Positions 8,679 to 17,991 of a stretch of 64,000 nt of DNA are shown here, in pieces. Source of the stretch: an uncultured Chloroflexia bacterium (lineage in GTDB: Bacteria > Chloroflexota > Anaerolineae > JAAYZQ01); the NCBI GenBank assembly GCA_963783445.1, contig CAWANP010000015.1, positions 216,666-280,665 on the forward strand, read 5' to 3'. How positions within the stretch are numbered: the first letter of the stretch is position 1; each line of letters begins with the position of its first letter. The position numbers and the translations under genes are program-made. Under the pieces are notes generated by a model. The model searched no databases and was not told the DNA's origin. It saw nothing but the letters and a program-made list of their open reading frames with translations.

Positions 8679-9812
8679 CTAGGGTCGCTGCCGGGCGATG
8701 AACACTGCCAGCGCGGTCGTCAGGGGCACGCCGGCCAGCAGTCCCAGGCTGCCCACCAGCGTCCGAACGATCTCCTCAGCGACAATTTCCCGATTGAGAG
8801 TGATGCCCAGCGATTCAGCAAAGACGGTGAACAGAAGCAAGAGTGGCAGCGATGCCCCTACATAGGCCAGGAAAAGCGTGTTGACCATGGCCGCGATATG
8901 GTCTCGACCTACGGTCATCCCGTGCGCAAACAGTTCTCGCCAGCCCAGGGCAGGATTGGCCTTGTTCAGTTCAAAGATGGTTGACGACTGGCCCACAGCG
9001 ATGTCGTCCAGAGCCCCCAGCGTGCCAATGATAATGCCGGCCAGCAATAATCCCTGCGTATCAATCTGAAAGCCGGCAGTCTGGAGAAAGCTCGCCTCCT
9101 CGGCGCCAAACCCAGATAGCCGTGTCCAGTGGACCGACCAGAAGGCCAGCAGTCCGGTGAGGACAAGGGTGACGAAAAGCCCGGCCACGGCAACGTGGGT
9201 TTTTCTATTCCAACCATAGACCAGGTAAAGGCTGACGCCCATCATCACCACGGAGCCGGCGATGGCGACCAGTACCGGATTCCACCCGGCCAGGATACGG
9301 GGTACGATGAACCCGACGATGACAAGGAGGCTAAAGCCCATGCCCAGGAGTGAGCGCACCCCCTGCCGGCCGCTGAGTACCACCGTAGCTACTGCGAATA
9401 GCAGGGTCAGCCACAGCAATGGTCCCGTGCGAACAAAGTCACCGACGAGAAAGACGTGCTCGCCCTCCAGCGTGACGGCGTGGTCCACCAGCACCCGGTC
9501 ACCCGCTCGGAGCATGCGGCTCTCATTGGTAAAGCTTAGCAGGCCATGCTCAATCTCGATTTCCTGACCGGCCAGTGGACCGCCAGACAGCCGCAGCAGT
9601 AGTCGCTGGTAGGGCTGCTCGAATTCACCCTGGCCAATGGTTCTTTCTTCGAGCACTTTTATGACTGAGGCACGGATCGTCTCGCTTTCACCGGGCGCGA
9701 GGCTGGCTGCGGGGTTGAGTCTCTGACGCCCAGCAACGGCGCCCAACAGCACAAGAATGGCGACGGCGATAAGCGCCACAACAAGCCACCATATCCGGTT
9801 CGATCGCAGCAT
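8679..9812 (-). CDS. YibE/F-family integral membrane protein
   Basis: Multi-TM protein with a GALDDIAVGQSS segment typical of YibE/F. The likely start is MLRSNRIWWLVV. Confidence 0.55.
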   Translation of the reverse strand: MLRSNRIWWLVVALIAVAILVLLGAVAGRQRLNPAASLAPGESETIRASVIKVLEERTIGQGEFEQPYQRLLLRLSGGPLAGQEIEIEHGLLSFTNESRMLRAGDRVLVDHAVTLEGEHVFLVGDFVRTGPLLWLTLLFAVATVVLSGRQGVRSLLGMGFSLLVIVGFIVPRILAGWNPVLVAIAGSVVMMGVSLYLVYGWNRKTHVAVAGLFVTLVLTGLLAFWSVHWTRLSGFGAEEASFLQTAGFQIDTQGLLLAGIIIGTLGALDDIAVGQSSTIFELNKANPALGWRELFAHGMTVGRDHIAAMVNTLFLAYVGASLPLLLLFTVFAESLGITLNREIVAEEIVRTLVGSLGLLAGVPLTTALAVFIARQRP

Positions 9813-10044
9813 GTGGGTCAACCTATTCCGAAGGATGGCAGTGTGCCAGAGTGTAGCACATGGCTGAGAACTGGCCAAGTTTCACACTGTGTAGCAACAT
9901 GCATCACTTCTCTACTCAGTAAACCGTTGCCTGGCCTGTCAAACTGTGGTAAGATAGGGTAACTCAGGAGGTGCGGACCGGTACCGTTGGGGTAAGATAG
10001 GTCCAGCTACCAGGGGCAGTACAGACGGGCCGCCGGAGGCCAGG

Positions 10045-13000
10045 ATGCAGGCAAGGCTTTCTCTCAGTCTTCGATCTTTGGTCCTGCTCACAACCCTGCT
10101 CGCCGCCATGCTGTTGGCGGCGGCCTGCAGTAGCACTGCGATGCCCGCGACGCCTGTCCCTGGGGTTCCAGAAGCTACTCCCGGTTCGCGTCTCCGCTTA
10201 CCCGGCCCAGAGGGGCGGCGCCCCCCTCTGGGTACATCACTCAGGTTCGACCGCTACTCCATCGACAATGGCCTCTCTCAGAATTCGGGCAACAGTTTTT
10301 TCCAGGACAGCACAGGATACATCTGGATTGGCACAGAGGATGGGCTGAATCGATTTGATGGGTACGAGTTCCAGGTTTTCAGGCAGGACCCCGGTGACCC
10401 GGCCAGCTTGAGCAATAACCACATCAAGGCTATTGTTGAAGGTTCATCGGGCCTTCTCTGGATTGGGACCTACGGCGGTGGGCTCAATTCGCTGGATCCA
10501 GAGACGAATCAGTTCAAGCACTACCGGAAAGTGCCTGATGATGCCAATAGTTTGAGCGACGATCAGATCCTATCCTTGCTTCAGGATAACCAAGGCATTC
10601 TCTGGATCGGCACCCGAGGAGGGGGCCTCAACCGCTTTGAGCCTGAGACAGGGGAGTGGCGCCGCTTTCAGCGCCACTCGCAGGATCCCGGCAGCCTGGC
10701 CAGTAATGACGTCACCGCGCTGTTCGAGGATTCATCAGGGGTCCTCTGGGTTGGAACCAGCAGCGGACTTGACCGCTTTGACCGCGACACATCAACTTTC
10801 CATCATCATGCGCATGACCCTGCCGATCTGACGAGTATCAGCGGCAATGTGATCGCTGCAATTGGTGAGGACCAGGGAGGCGACCTGTGGGCCGGCACGG
10901 CTGGCGGAGGCTTGAATCGTCTGGATCGGGAGACTGGGTCCTTTGTACACTTTCGGCACGACCCCGATGACCCCTGGAGCTTGAGCAGCGACATTGTTAG
11001 TTCACTGGCCATAGACAGATTCGGGGGACTCTGGGTTGGCACTGACGATGGACTCCATCGCTATGATCAGGATCTGGATGGGTGGCGACGCTACCAGCAT
11101 GATCCCGGTGACCCGCAAAGCCTGAGTGACAATGGTGTTGCAGCGATTCTCCCGGATCAGTCTGGCGGGATATGGATTGGCACCTCAGGCGGTGGCGTGA
11201 ACCGGTACGATTTGCAGATGGACCAGTTTGCATTGTATCGTGCGACCTCAATTGGCGGTGAGGGTCTGAGCGAGAGTACCGTGTGGGGACTTGTTGAGGC
11301 TCAAGATGGTACACTGTGGATTGGGACCGACGGTGGCGGGCTCAATCGCTTCGATAGAGGAGAGCAGAAATGGACCCAATACCGGCATGATCCGGATGAT
11401 CCTCAGAGCTTGAGCAGCGACGTGGTTGTTTCCGTCTACGAAGATCGGTCGGGCGAGCTCTGGTTGGGTACCTGGGGTGGCGGGCTCAACCGATTTGACC
11501 CGAGTACAGAAGATGGACAGAAGGCTCGCTTCACCCGCTATCAATTCGACCCGGCTGACCGTCATAGCCTGAGCAGCAACGTTGTCTGGTCGATCCATGA
11601 AGATCGGCAGGGCATGCTTTGGGTTGGCACGGCCTTGGGGCTGAACGCCTTGGATCCAGAGACTGGGCAGTTCACCCGCTACTTTCACAGCCCGGACGAC
11701 CCGCACACACTGAGCGACAATGATGTGGGTTCCATTCTTGAGGACCGGGAAGGCAACCTATGGTTTGGAACCCATTCGGGCCTGAACCGGCTTGTGCCCG
11801 CAGCGGCAACCGGTGGCGGTCCGCCCCAGTTTACGCGCTACCAGCATGATCCTGAGAATCCTGAAAGCTTGAGTCACGATATCGTCTTCTCGATCCACGA
11901 GGACCGGGCGGGAAAGCTGTGGCTCGGAACCTGGGGTGGTGGACTCAACCGCTTTGACCCTGAGACTGAGAGTTTTGTCCATTACCGGACCAGGGATGGG
12001 CTGCCGAATGACGTGGTGTATGGGATTCTGGAGGATGCGACCTCAACGGATTCGGATACTGTTCCTGGGGATGGAGGCGACTATCTGTGGCTGAGTACCA
12101 ACCTTGGTATCACCAGGTTTAACCCTCTCACTGAGACGTTTCAGAACTATGACGCAGGTGATGGTCTTCAGAGTAACGAGTTCAACTTTAACTCCTACAC
12201 TCAGAGCAGTAGCGGTGAGTTATTTTTCGGTGGGATCGATGGCTTCAACTCTCTCTTCGCCGAGGGTGTCCAACCGAATTCGTTTGTGCCGCCTGTTGTT
12301 CTGGTGTCGTTCACTCAGGGCGGAAAAGGTGTTGAACCTGCCGTGGTTCCCGGAGCGCCGCCAGGTGTGACCCTGGAATGGCAGAACAATGACTTTGAAT
12401 TCTCATTTTCCGCGTTGAGCTACTTTCAGCCGGAGAAGAACGAATTCGCCTATATGCTGGAGGGGTATGATGATGGCTGGAACTATGTGGGAACCAGGCG
12501 TTATGGTAGCTATACCAATCTCCCTGGCGGCGACTATACTCTCAGAGTGAAGGGCGCCAACAATGATGGGCTCTGGAATGAGGAAGGAGTTAGCCTGGCG
12601 GTCCGCATCGTGCCTCCGTTTTGGGCTACGTGGTGGTTCTGGGCTTTCGTCGTGGCTGCGCTCGTTCTGGCCGGGGTCGGTGCGTACCGTCTCCGGATCC
12701 GTGGCATCGAGGCGCGCAGCCGTGAGCTGGAGACTGAGGTGGCGACTCGAACCAAGGAACTGGCTGCTCTCAATGCAATCGCGGCCGTGGTCAGCCGCTC
12801 GCTAGATCGGGATCAGATCCTGTCTGATGCATTAACCAAGACCCTGGAGGTCACAGGGCTTGAGGCGGGTGGGATCTATTTGCTCCAGTGGAACAGCCTG
12901 CAGGAAGACCAGCCCAGTGTGGACGGGCGGGTACTAAAAATTGTGGCCCACCAGGGTCTCGGCGCTGAGTTTGTGGCCGCCATCGACAATTTGATGGTTG

Positions 13001-14925
13001 GCGAGGGGTTTTCCGGTCGTGTAGTACAGAGCTGTGATCCCATGGTCGTCTCCGACCTGGATAAGGACCCCAGACTGACGCGCTCGGTGGTCACGGCTGC
13101 CGGTTTCCGCTCTATCGCCATCGCGCCTCTGGTTTCACGGGCCGAGGTGCTCGGTTCCTTGTTTGTCATGACTCGGGTACTCACCAGCTTTTCTCACGAG
13201 GACGTGGACCTCTTGACTGCCATTGGCGGCCAGATAGGCGTTGCCATCGAAAACGCGCACTTTTTTGAGGGCGAGCAACGCCGCGCCGAGCAGTTCCGCG
13301 TGATCAGCGAAGCAGGGCACCACCTCGCCTCCATCCTCGACGCAGAACAGCTGATGGCCGAGATCGTAGGCCTAATCCACGAGACCTTTGGCTACTATGA
13401 GGTCGGCATCGGCCTCATTGAGGGTGATGATCTGGTGATCAAGACCTCGTCGGGAATCCGTTGGCAGGATCTGGAGGGCCCCCCGGTTCGGATCCAAGTG
13501 GGCGGCGAGGGATCCATGGCCTGGGTGGTGGAAAAGGGCCAGCATTTGCTCATCCCCGACGTGAACAGCGACCCCCGCGATTCTTTCTGGCCCCACACCG
13601 CCAGAACTCTCTCAAGCCTGGCTGTGCCCCTGCGGACCAAATCTGGTGTCATTGGGGTACTGAACGTCGAGAGTGACCAGGTGAAAGCCTTTGACGACAG
13701 CGACGTGATGGTCCTCCAGTCTCTGGCCAACCAGGCCGCTATCGCCATCGACAATGCCCGCTTTTTGGAGGCAGAGCAGCGCCGTGCCGAACAGTTCAGG
13801 ATTCTCGCCGAGGCAGGGCGCCGGATGACCCTGACCCTGGAGATCGACGAGGTATTACAGCAGATGGTGCGGCTGGTTCAGCAGTCCCTGGGCTACTACC
13901 ACGTGGCCATCGGCCTGATCGAGGAGGATGAGGTAGTCTACCGCGTGGGCGCAGGGGTTCTGTGGGACGATCCGGATTTTGATTTCAAACCCTCTCGCTT
14001 GAAAGTAGGGGAGGAAGGCATCACCGGCTGGGTGGCTCTCCGGGGTGAATCGCTCATGGTATCGGATGTCAGCGAGGACAGTCGCTACGTATGGATGGGA
14101 GGCAGCAAAACTTCTTCAGAGCTGACGGTGCCCATTGTTGTCAAAGAACAGGTCATCGGCGTGCTTGATGCCCAGAGCGACCAGCCTGGCGCCTTTGACG
14201 AGACCGATCTGTCGGTGCTCCAGTCAGTGGCCCATCAGGCCGGCGCCGCCATCGAGAACGCACGACTGTATGAGCAGGCCCAGCAGGCAGCGGTGCTTGA
14301 GGAGCGGGGCCGCCTCGCCCGGGACCTGCACGACGCGGTGACCCAGACGCTCTTCTCTGCCAGCCTCATCGCTGAGGCCGTTCCTGCTACGCTGGCGATG
14401 GATGAGGAAGAGGGGCGTGAGTTGCTTCACGAGTTGCAGCGGCTGACGCGAGGGGCGCTGGCCGAGATGCGTACCTTGCTGCTGGAGCTGCGTCCAGCGG
14501 CCCTCATGGAAACGAGTCTGAATGACCTGATCCGTCAGTTGGCGGCGGCCATCGCCGGGAGGGCGGGCGCGCCTGTGGAAATGACCGCGGAGGGTGAATG
14601 TATGGTGCCCCCGGAGGTACATGTCGCTCTCTACCGCATTGCCCAGGAGGCGCTGAACAACGTAGTCAAGCACGCCCGGGCGACCCAGGTGATGGTGGAT
14701 CTCCGCTGTGGCCCCCTGGATGGTGGGCAGACTTTGGGCCAGCGTGTCGAGATCCGCATTCAGGATACCGGGCGCGGTTTTGACCCTGACAAAGTCTCGC
14801 CCGAACACCTGGGCCTGGGTATCATGCGCGAGCGGGCGCAGGCGATTGGGGCTCAATTGACCGTAGAAAGCCAGCCAGGAAAAGGAACTATGGTGACCGT
14901 CGTATGGGAGCCAGAAGGAGTATAG
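10045..14925 (+). CDS. Giant sensor histidine kinase: signal peptide, ~14 two-component-regulator propeller repeats, Y_Y_Y domain, TM helix, three GAF domains, HisKA_3 and HATPase_c
   Basis: 1626 aa. Repeated GLWIGT/GLNRFD motifs are followed by a TM segment WATWWFWAFVVAALVLAGVGAY and then GAF signatures. An H-box LARDLHDAVTQTLF (NarL-type HisKA_3) and the ATPase G-boxes follow. There is no receiver domain. Confidence 0.9.
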   Translation: MQARLSLSLRSLVLLTTLLAAMLLAAACSSTAMPATPVPGVPEATPGSRLRLPGPEGRRPPLGTSLRFDRYSIDNGLSQNSGNSFFQDSTGYIWIGTEDGLNRFDGYEFQVFRQDPGDPASLSNNHIKAIVEGSSGLLWIGTYGGGLNSLDPETNQFKHYRKVPDDANSLSDDQILSLLQDNQGILWIGTRGGGLNRFEPETGEWRRFQRHSQDPGSLASNDVTALFEDSSGVLWVGTSSGLDRFDRDTSTFHHHAHDPADLTSISGNVIAAIGEDQGGDLWAGTAGGGLNRLDRETGSFVHFRHDPDDPWSLSSDIVSSLAIDRFGGLWVGTDDGLHRYDQDLDGWRRYQHDPGDPQSLSDNGVAAILPDQSGGIWIGTSGGGVNRYDLQMDQFALYRATSIGGEGLSESTVWGLVEAQDGTLWIGTDGGGLNRFDRGEQKWTQYRHDPDDPQSLSSDVVVSVYEDRSGELWLGTWGGGLNRFDPSTEDGQKARFTRYQFDPADRHSLSSNVVWSIHEDRQGMLWVGTALGLNALDPETGQFTRYFHSPDDPHTLSDNDVGSILEDREGNLWFGTHSGLNRLVPAAATGGGPPQFTRYQHDPENPESLSHDIVFSIHEDRAGKLWLGTWGGGLNRFDPETESFVHYRTRDGLPNDVVYGILEDATSTDSDTVPGDGGDYLWLSTNLGITRFNPLTETFQNYDAGDGLQSNEFNFNSYTQSSSGELFFGGIDGFNSLFAEGVQPNSFVPPVVLVSFTQGGKGVEPAVVPGAPPGVTLEWQNNDFEFSFSALSYFQPEKNEFAYMLEGYDDGWNYVGTRRYGSYTNLPGGDYTLRVKGANNDGLWNEEGVSLAVRIVPPFWATWWFWAFVVAALVLAGVGAYRLRIRGIEARSRELETEVATRTKELAALNAIAAVVSRSLDRDQILSDALTKTLEVTGLEAGGIYLLQWNSLQEDQPSVDGRVLKIVAHQGLGAEFVAAIDNLMVGEGFSGRVVQSCDPMVVSDLDKDPRLTRSVVTAAGFRSIAIAPLVSRAEVLGSLFVMTRVLTSFSHEDVDLLTAIGGQIGVAIENAHFFEGEQRRAEQFRVISEAGHHLASILDAEQLMAEIVGLIHETFGYYEVGIGLIEGDDLVIKTSSGIRWQDLEGPPVRIQVGGEGSMAWVVEKGQHLLIPDVNSDPRDSFWPHTARTLSSLAVPLRTKSGVIGVLNVESDQVKAFDDSDVMVLQSLANQAAIAIDNARFLEAEQRRAEQFRILAEAGRRMTLTLEIDEVLQQMVRLVQQSLGYYHVAIGLIEEDEVVYRVGAGVLWDDPDFDFKPSRLKVGEEGITGWVALRGESLMVSDVSEDSRYVWMGGSKTSSELTVPIVVKEQVIGVLDAQSDQPGAFDETDLSVLQSVAHQAGAAIENARLYEQAQQAAVLEERGRLARDLHDAVTQTLFSASLIAEAVPATLAMDEEEGRELLHELQRLTRGALAEMRTLLLELRPAALMETSLNDLIRQLAAAIAGRAGAPVEMTAEGECMVPPEVHVALYRIAQEALNNVVKHARATQVMVDLRCGPLDGGQTLGQRVEIRIQDTGRGFDPDKVSPEHLGLGIMRERAQAIGAQLTVESQPGKGTMVTVVWEPEGV

Positions 14926-15119
14926 CAGGGGAGGAGGGCGTGACGGATGTCTTGACCAGGTATCTGGCCTCAGTCGCACGTCGGTTGGACGTCAGACCGG
15001 AGTCAAGTTGTAGCAGCCAATCCATGCTACGATGCCAATCACAGAATAGAGCATTCGATTGGGACTGGTCCTGATCATCGGGATCCAGGGCTGGGCCAAG
15101 TATCGCAAGGAGGCGAAAA

Positions 15120-16073
15120 ATGGACTTTGGAAAAGTGTTGGGCCGCGCTTGGGAGATCACCTGGCGCTGGAAGATCCTCTGGATCCTGGGCTTTCTGGCA
15201 AGCCTGGGCGGCGGGGCCGGTTTCGGCGGCAATTTCTCATCCACAAACAGCGGTGGGGATCTGAGCCAATGGCCCGGAGAAATGCTCGGACCCGGTTTCT
15301 GGGCAGCCATGACTGGCATCATCCTGGCCCTCGTGTGCCTGGGATTGCTTGTGGCCATTGTCGTGTGGGTTCTATCCATCATCGCCCGGGGTGGGTTGAT
15401 AGCGGGCGTGCAACAGGTAGAGGAAGAGGGCAGCACGACCTTTGGTCAGGCTTGGCGCGCCGCTGCCAGCCGCTTCTGGACGCTGTTGGGCATCTCTTTT
15501 CTGGCGATGCTTCCCTTTCTCATCGTGGGGTTCGGTCTGGCCATGGTGGCAGCTGCCGGCGTCCTGGTGGCGATGGGAAGTTCTAGCGGCTTCGGTGACC
15601 CGGCTCCCGGTGGCATCATCGCTGCCATTGCCTGCGGCACGTTGTTCTGTTGCGGCCTGTTTCTCGTGGGCATCGTTCTTGATCAGATCCGGACCTACGC
15701 CGAGCGGGCGGCTATTCTGGAAGGACTGGGCTGGATCGAGGCATTCAAGCGGGGCTGGGAGGTGCTAAAGGACAACCTAGGGCCGACCATCATCCTCTGG
15801 CTCATCTTTTTGGCCCTTGGATTGGTCCTGGTCGCAGCCATGTTTGCCGGGATCGCGGCTGTCACGTTGCCCCTTCTTGCTGTCACTGCCGCGGTCGAGC
15901 CGGGCCTCTGGCTAGTTGCACCGGCTTGCTGTGGGGGTCTACTGGCCTTGATAGTCTTTGCGCTGGTTGGGGCCGTGATCGAGACCTTTACTTCGGCTAC
16001 GTGGACGCTGGCTTATCGCGAGTTGACCGGTATTGCGCCGGAGGTGCCTGCGCAACCCGCGCTCGAAGGATGA
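15120..16073 (+). CDS. Hypothetical polytopic membrane protein (DUF)
   Basis: 317 aa, several hydrophobic helices, Gly-rich. Confidence 0.55.
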   Translation: MDFGKVLGRAWEITWRWKILWILGFLASLGGGAGFGGNFSSTNSGGDLSQWPGEMLGPGFWAAMTGIILALVCLGLLVAIVVWVLSIIARGGLIAGVQQVEEEGSTTFGQAWRAAASRFWTLLGISFLAMLPFLIVGFGLAMVAAAGVLVAMGSSSGFGDPAPGGIIAAIACGTLFCCGLFLVGIVLDQIRTYAERAAILEGLGWIEAFKRGWEVLKDNLGPTIILWLIFLALGLVLVAAMFAGIAAVTLPLLAVTAAVEPGLWLVAPACCGGLLALIVFALVGAVIETFTSATWTLAYRELTGIAPEVPAQPALEG

Positions 16074-16139
16074 TCGGGCTGAAGCGGACTGGCGGCCCTT
16101 CTCAGGGCTGCCAGTCCTTGTCTTCCCCCAGGGTCATGT

Positions 16140-17570
16140 CTACTCCCAGCCCTTGGTGAATCCACGGTCGCCGGGCACGATGCCCAACTCCTCACGCAAT
16201 TGCAGGCATTCCCGTTCAAACTCACTCACCCGCTCGCGCAATTCGGCAATCTCGCTCGGGACTTTCTTGCCGGCATCACCCAGCAGATTCTGAATCTCGG
16301 TAGGATCGCTTCGAAGATCGTAGGCCTCGTCTCCATAGTCGGGGTCGCGCACATAGGAGTGGTCCACCGTGCGGGCACCCTGCAAGAGGCTAGGGTGTCG
16401 GCCAGCGGCTGGCATGCCCGTGGGGTAAGTGGTCCCCAGGTGGCCGTGGTAGTCGCCCACCTGGGCAAAGAGGCAGTCGCGCAGCGGTTCCTGTGCCCCC
16501 TCCTGCACCCAGCGGATCAAGTCATGCCCTTGGGCATAGTCCGGGACCGGGATACCGGCGATGCCCAGGATCGTCGGGAAAAGATCGATGGCATTGACCA
16601 GGCCTGGGACTGTTTCGCCGCGCAGGGGTAGCGCTCCGGATCCTGCGGGCGGTACAATGATCAGCGGTACGTGCAGCAGGCACTCGTAGAGCGATTCGGT
16701 TTTGGCAAACATCCCCTTTTCGCCCGCATAGTCGCCGTGATCAGAGCCGATAATGATCCAGGTATTCTCCAGCAGATCATGTTCGCACAGCGCTTCGAAG
16801 ATGCGTCGCATCTGATCGTTGGCGTTGGCAATCATGCCATAGTAGATGGCGATGAGTTGCCGCATGTCGTCCTCGCTGGCGAGATCGGTCCTGCCTTCCT
16901 GATGAACGGTGAGCTGCCAGTCCGGCTGCTCGCCCTCTGCCGGTAGTACTGGCAATTCGACGTCAGCCGGGTCTACCAGGGTGTCGTAGGGCGGCGGTAC
17001 GAAATAGGGCGGGTGCGGGTCGTCAATGGCCACGTGGAGGAAAAAGGGATCGTCCGGTCTGCAGGGCCGCGTCCAGCATTTGGATGGCGCGGGTGGCGAT
17101 CAGGGCGGAATTGCCCTCCTCAGCCGTGCTGTCGATGGCGCCAGATGACCAGGCATAGTCCTGGCGGCCAGACGCGTACTTGGCCCGCATGGAGCGGTAC
17201 AGCGGCCCAGGTTGCATGAAGGAGATCTGCTCGTGCCAGCCACGGGTCAAGTTCCGCTGCTGCTCATAGTGCCCGATCACGGCCGTATAGTAGCCGGCGC
17301 CTGCAGCAGCTCGGAAAGCTGGGGCAGGTTGTAAGGCGCGCGGTTCTGGTGGCATGTTACCTGGTGGACCAGGGGGTGGACCCCGGTGAGGACCGAGGTC
17401 CGAGATGGGGTGCAGATAGAGCTGGCAGAGTAGGCATGGGCAAAGGCCACGCCCTGGCTCGCCATTTCTTCCTGGAAAGGACTGGGTACCACGGGGTTGC
17501 CATGGATGCTACAGGCCGACGCTTTCTGTTGGTCCGCCATGAGATATACGATGTTTGGACGGCGCTCCAT
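16140..17570 (-). pseudogene. Sulfatase (arylsulfatase family) split into three ORFs by two frameshifts
   Basis: The N-terminal fragment carries the formylglycine motif SICTPSRTSVLTG. The middle (17023..17355) and C-terminal (16140..17033) fragments continue the sulfatase fold in other frames. Frame breaks fall near 17030 (the ggaaaaaggg run) and ~17300. Confidence 0.7.
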
Positions 17571-17991
17571 TGCATGCCTCCTGTGAAACTGGTCTTCGGC
17601 TATGATACCATAGAATCAGCCGCTGTCCAAGAGACCCCGATGGTGCTACCCAGGCCAGACCTTCGAGGTGTCCCAGAAGAACCAGCCGGCACTGCCCCTG
17701 CAGGGGGTTCGGGATTCACAGAAACCCGCGCAGGGCGGAGGAAAGACTTGGAGGGCTTGGATACTCGCGCTTGTGCCTGGCATCACGAAATGGCGGATTG
17801 TCCAGCTTTCCTGTCTGTGCTATAATCAGCGCGCAGCAGGACTCCTGGCGGAGCTGGCGGCTGCGGTTCAGGAGCAGGCAATGGGCGAACAGCTTGAGGT
17901 GGTCGCAGAGTAGTTGATGGAGGCGTCATGATCTCGAGAGGACTGAGCCCTCGTCCCGAGATGGACGGCAGGGGCTGCCGGGAAGGGTAAC

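Noticed and set aside
11248-14979. Several 100-250-aa minus-strand ORFs inside the sensor kinase gene
   Set aside because: They are antisense to a 1626-aa gene with continuous domain support. They are artefacts of high GC.
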